DNA from: Isurus oxyrinchus
Taxonomy: Eukaryota
NCBI GenBank assembly: GCA_026770705.1
Contig: JANJGN010000016.1
Span: forward strand, 25,234,001 to 25,298,000
Length of the DNA: 64,000 nucleotides
Direction: 5' to 3'
Below the pieces are notes generated by a model. That model had not been told where the DNA came from and did no database searches. It saw nothing but the letters and a program-made list of their open reading frames with translations. Positions 63,830 to 64,000 of this stretch are shown here, one piece after another. Numbering within the stretch: the stretch's first letter is position 1; the number at the start of each line of letters is the position of its first letter. Both the position numbers and the translations under genes were made by a program.

Positions 63830-63972
63830 ATGCAGGAAATGTGAAAAAAAAATCCAGAAAATAATGGAGTGCATCTGGAAGAGGAAGAGTGTAATATTTC
63901 ATCTGGGCTCCTTCATCAGACGTCAGTGTTGATTGACCTGTTTCTGCATCTCTTTCTCTTTTCTTATTTCAA
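63830..63972. repeat. Degraded Penelope pLTR-derived fold-back repeat
   Basis: GCATCTGGAAGAG..CTTCATCAGAC..GACCTG..TTTCTGCAT arms, similar to 31907-32045. Confidence 0.5.
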
Positions 63973-64000
63973 AGTACTGTTTAATGTGTGCTGAGAATTC

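Noticed and set aside
53145-64000. DPYD exon 14 (DIVTNVSPRI...)
   Set aside because: Not found by eye; probably beyond the window

Overview
Eukaryotic genomic DNA, very probably from a cartilaginous fish (inferred from SacSINE1/DeuSINE-like, HER1/CR1-like, RTE and Penelope repeats). The only host gene I can support is DPYD (dihydropyrimidine dehydrogenase) on the minus strand. Four GT-AG exons are present (53144-53076, 50119-50036, 33930-33810, 33515-33396; 69/84/121/120 bp, equivalent to human exons 15-18), so the rest of the window is intronic. The introns are densely packed with nested transposons: a full-size two-gene PIF/Harbinger element (spliced Myb/SANT gene plus HARBI1-type DDE transposase, CTG TSD) inserted inside the transposase of a second Harbinger, a deletion derivative of that second element, and more than a dozen Harbinger-type MITEs. 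Also present are a pogo transposon relic, two closely similar Penelope retroelements (RT + GIY-YIG, with a hammerhead-like motif), a hAT-type MITE and CR1/L2/RTE LINE fragments. A Gypsy LTR element has lost most of pol and instead carries a coiled-coil segment resembling UACA/RAI14, a possible host-gene capture. All identifications are by eye; no searches or alignments were run, and the boundaries of degraded repeats are approximate.
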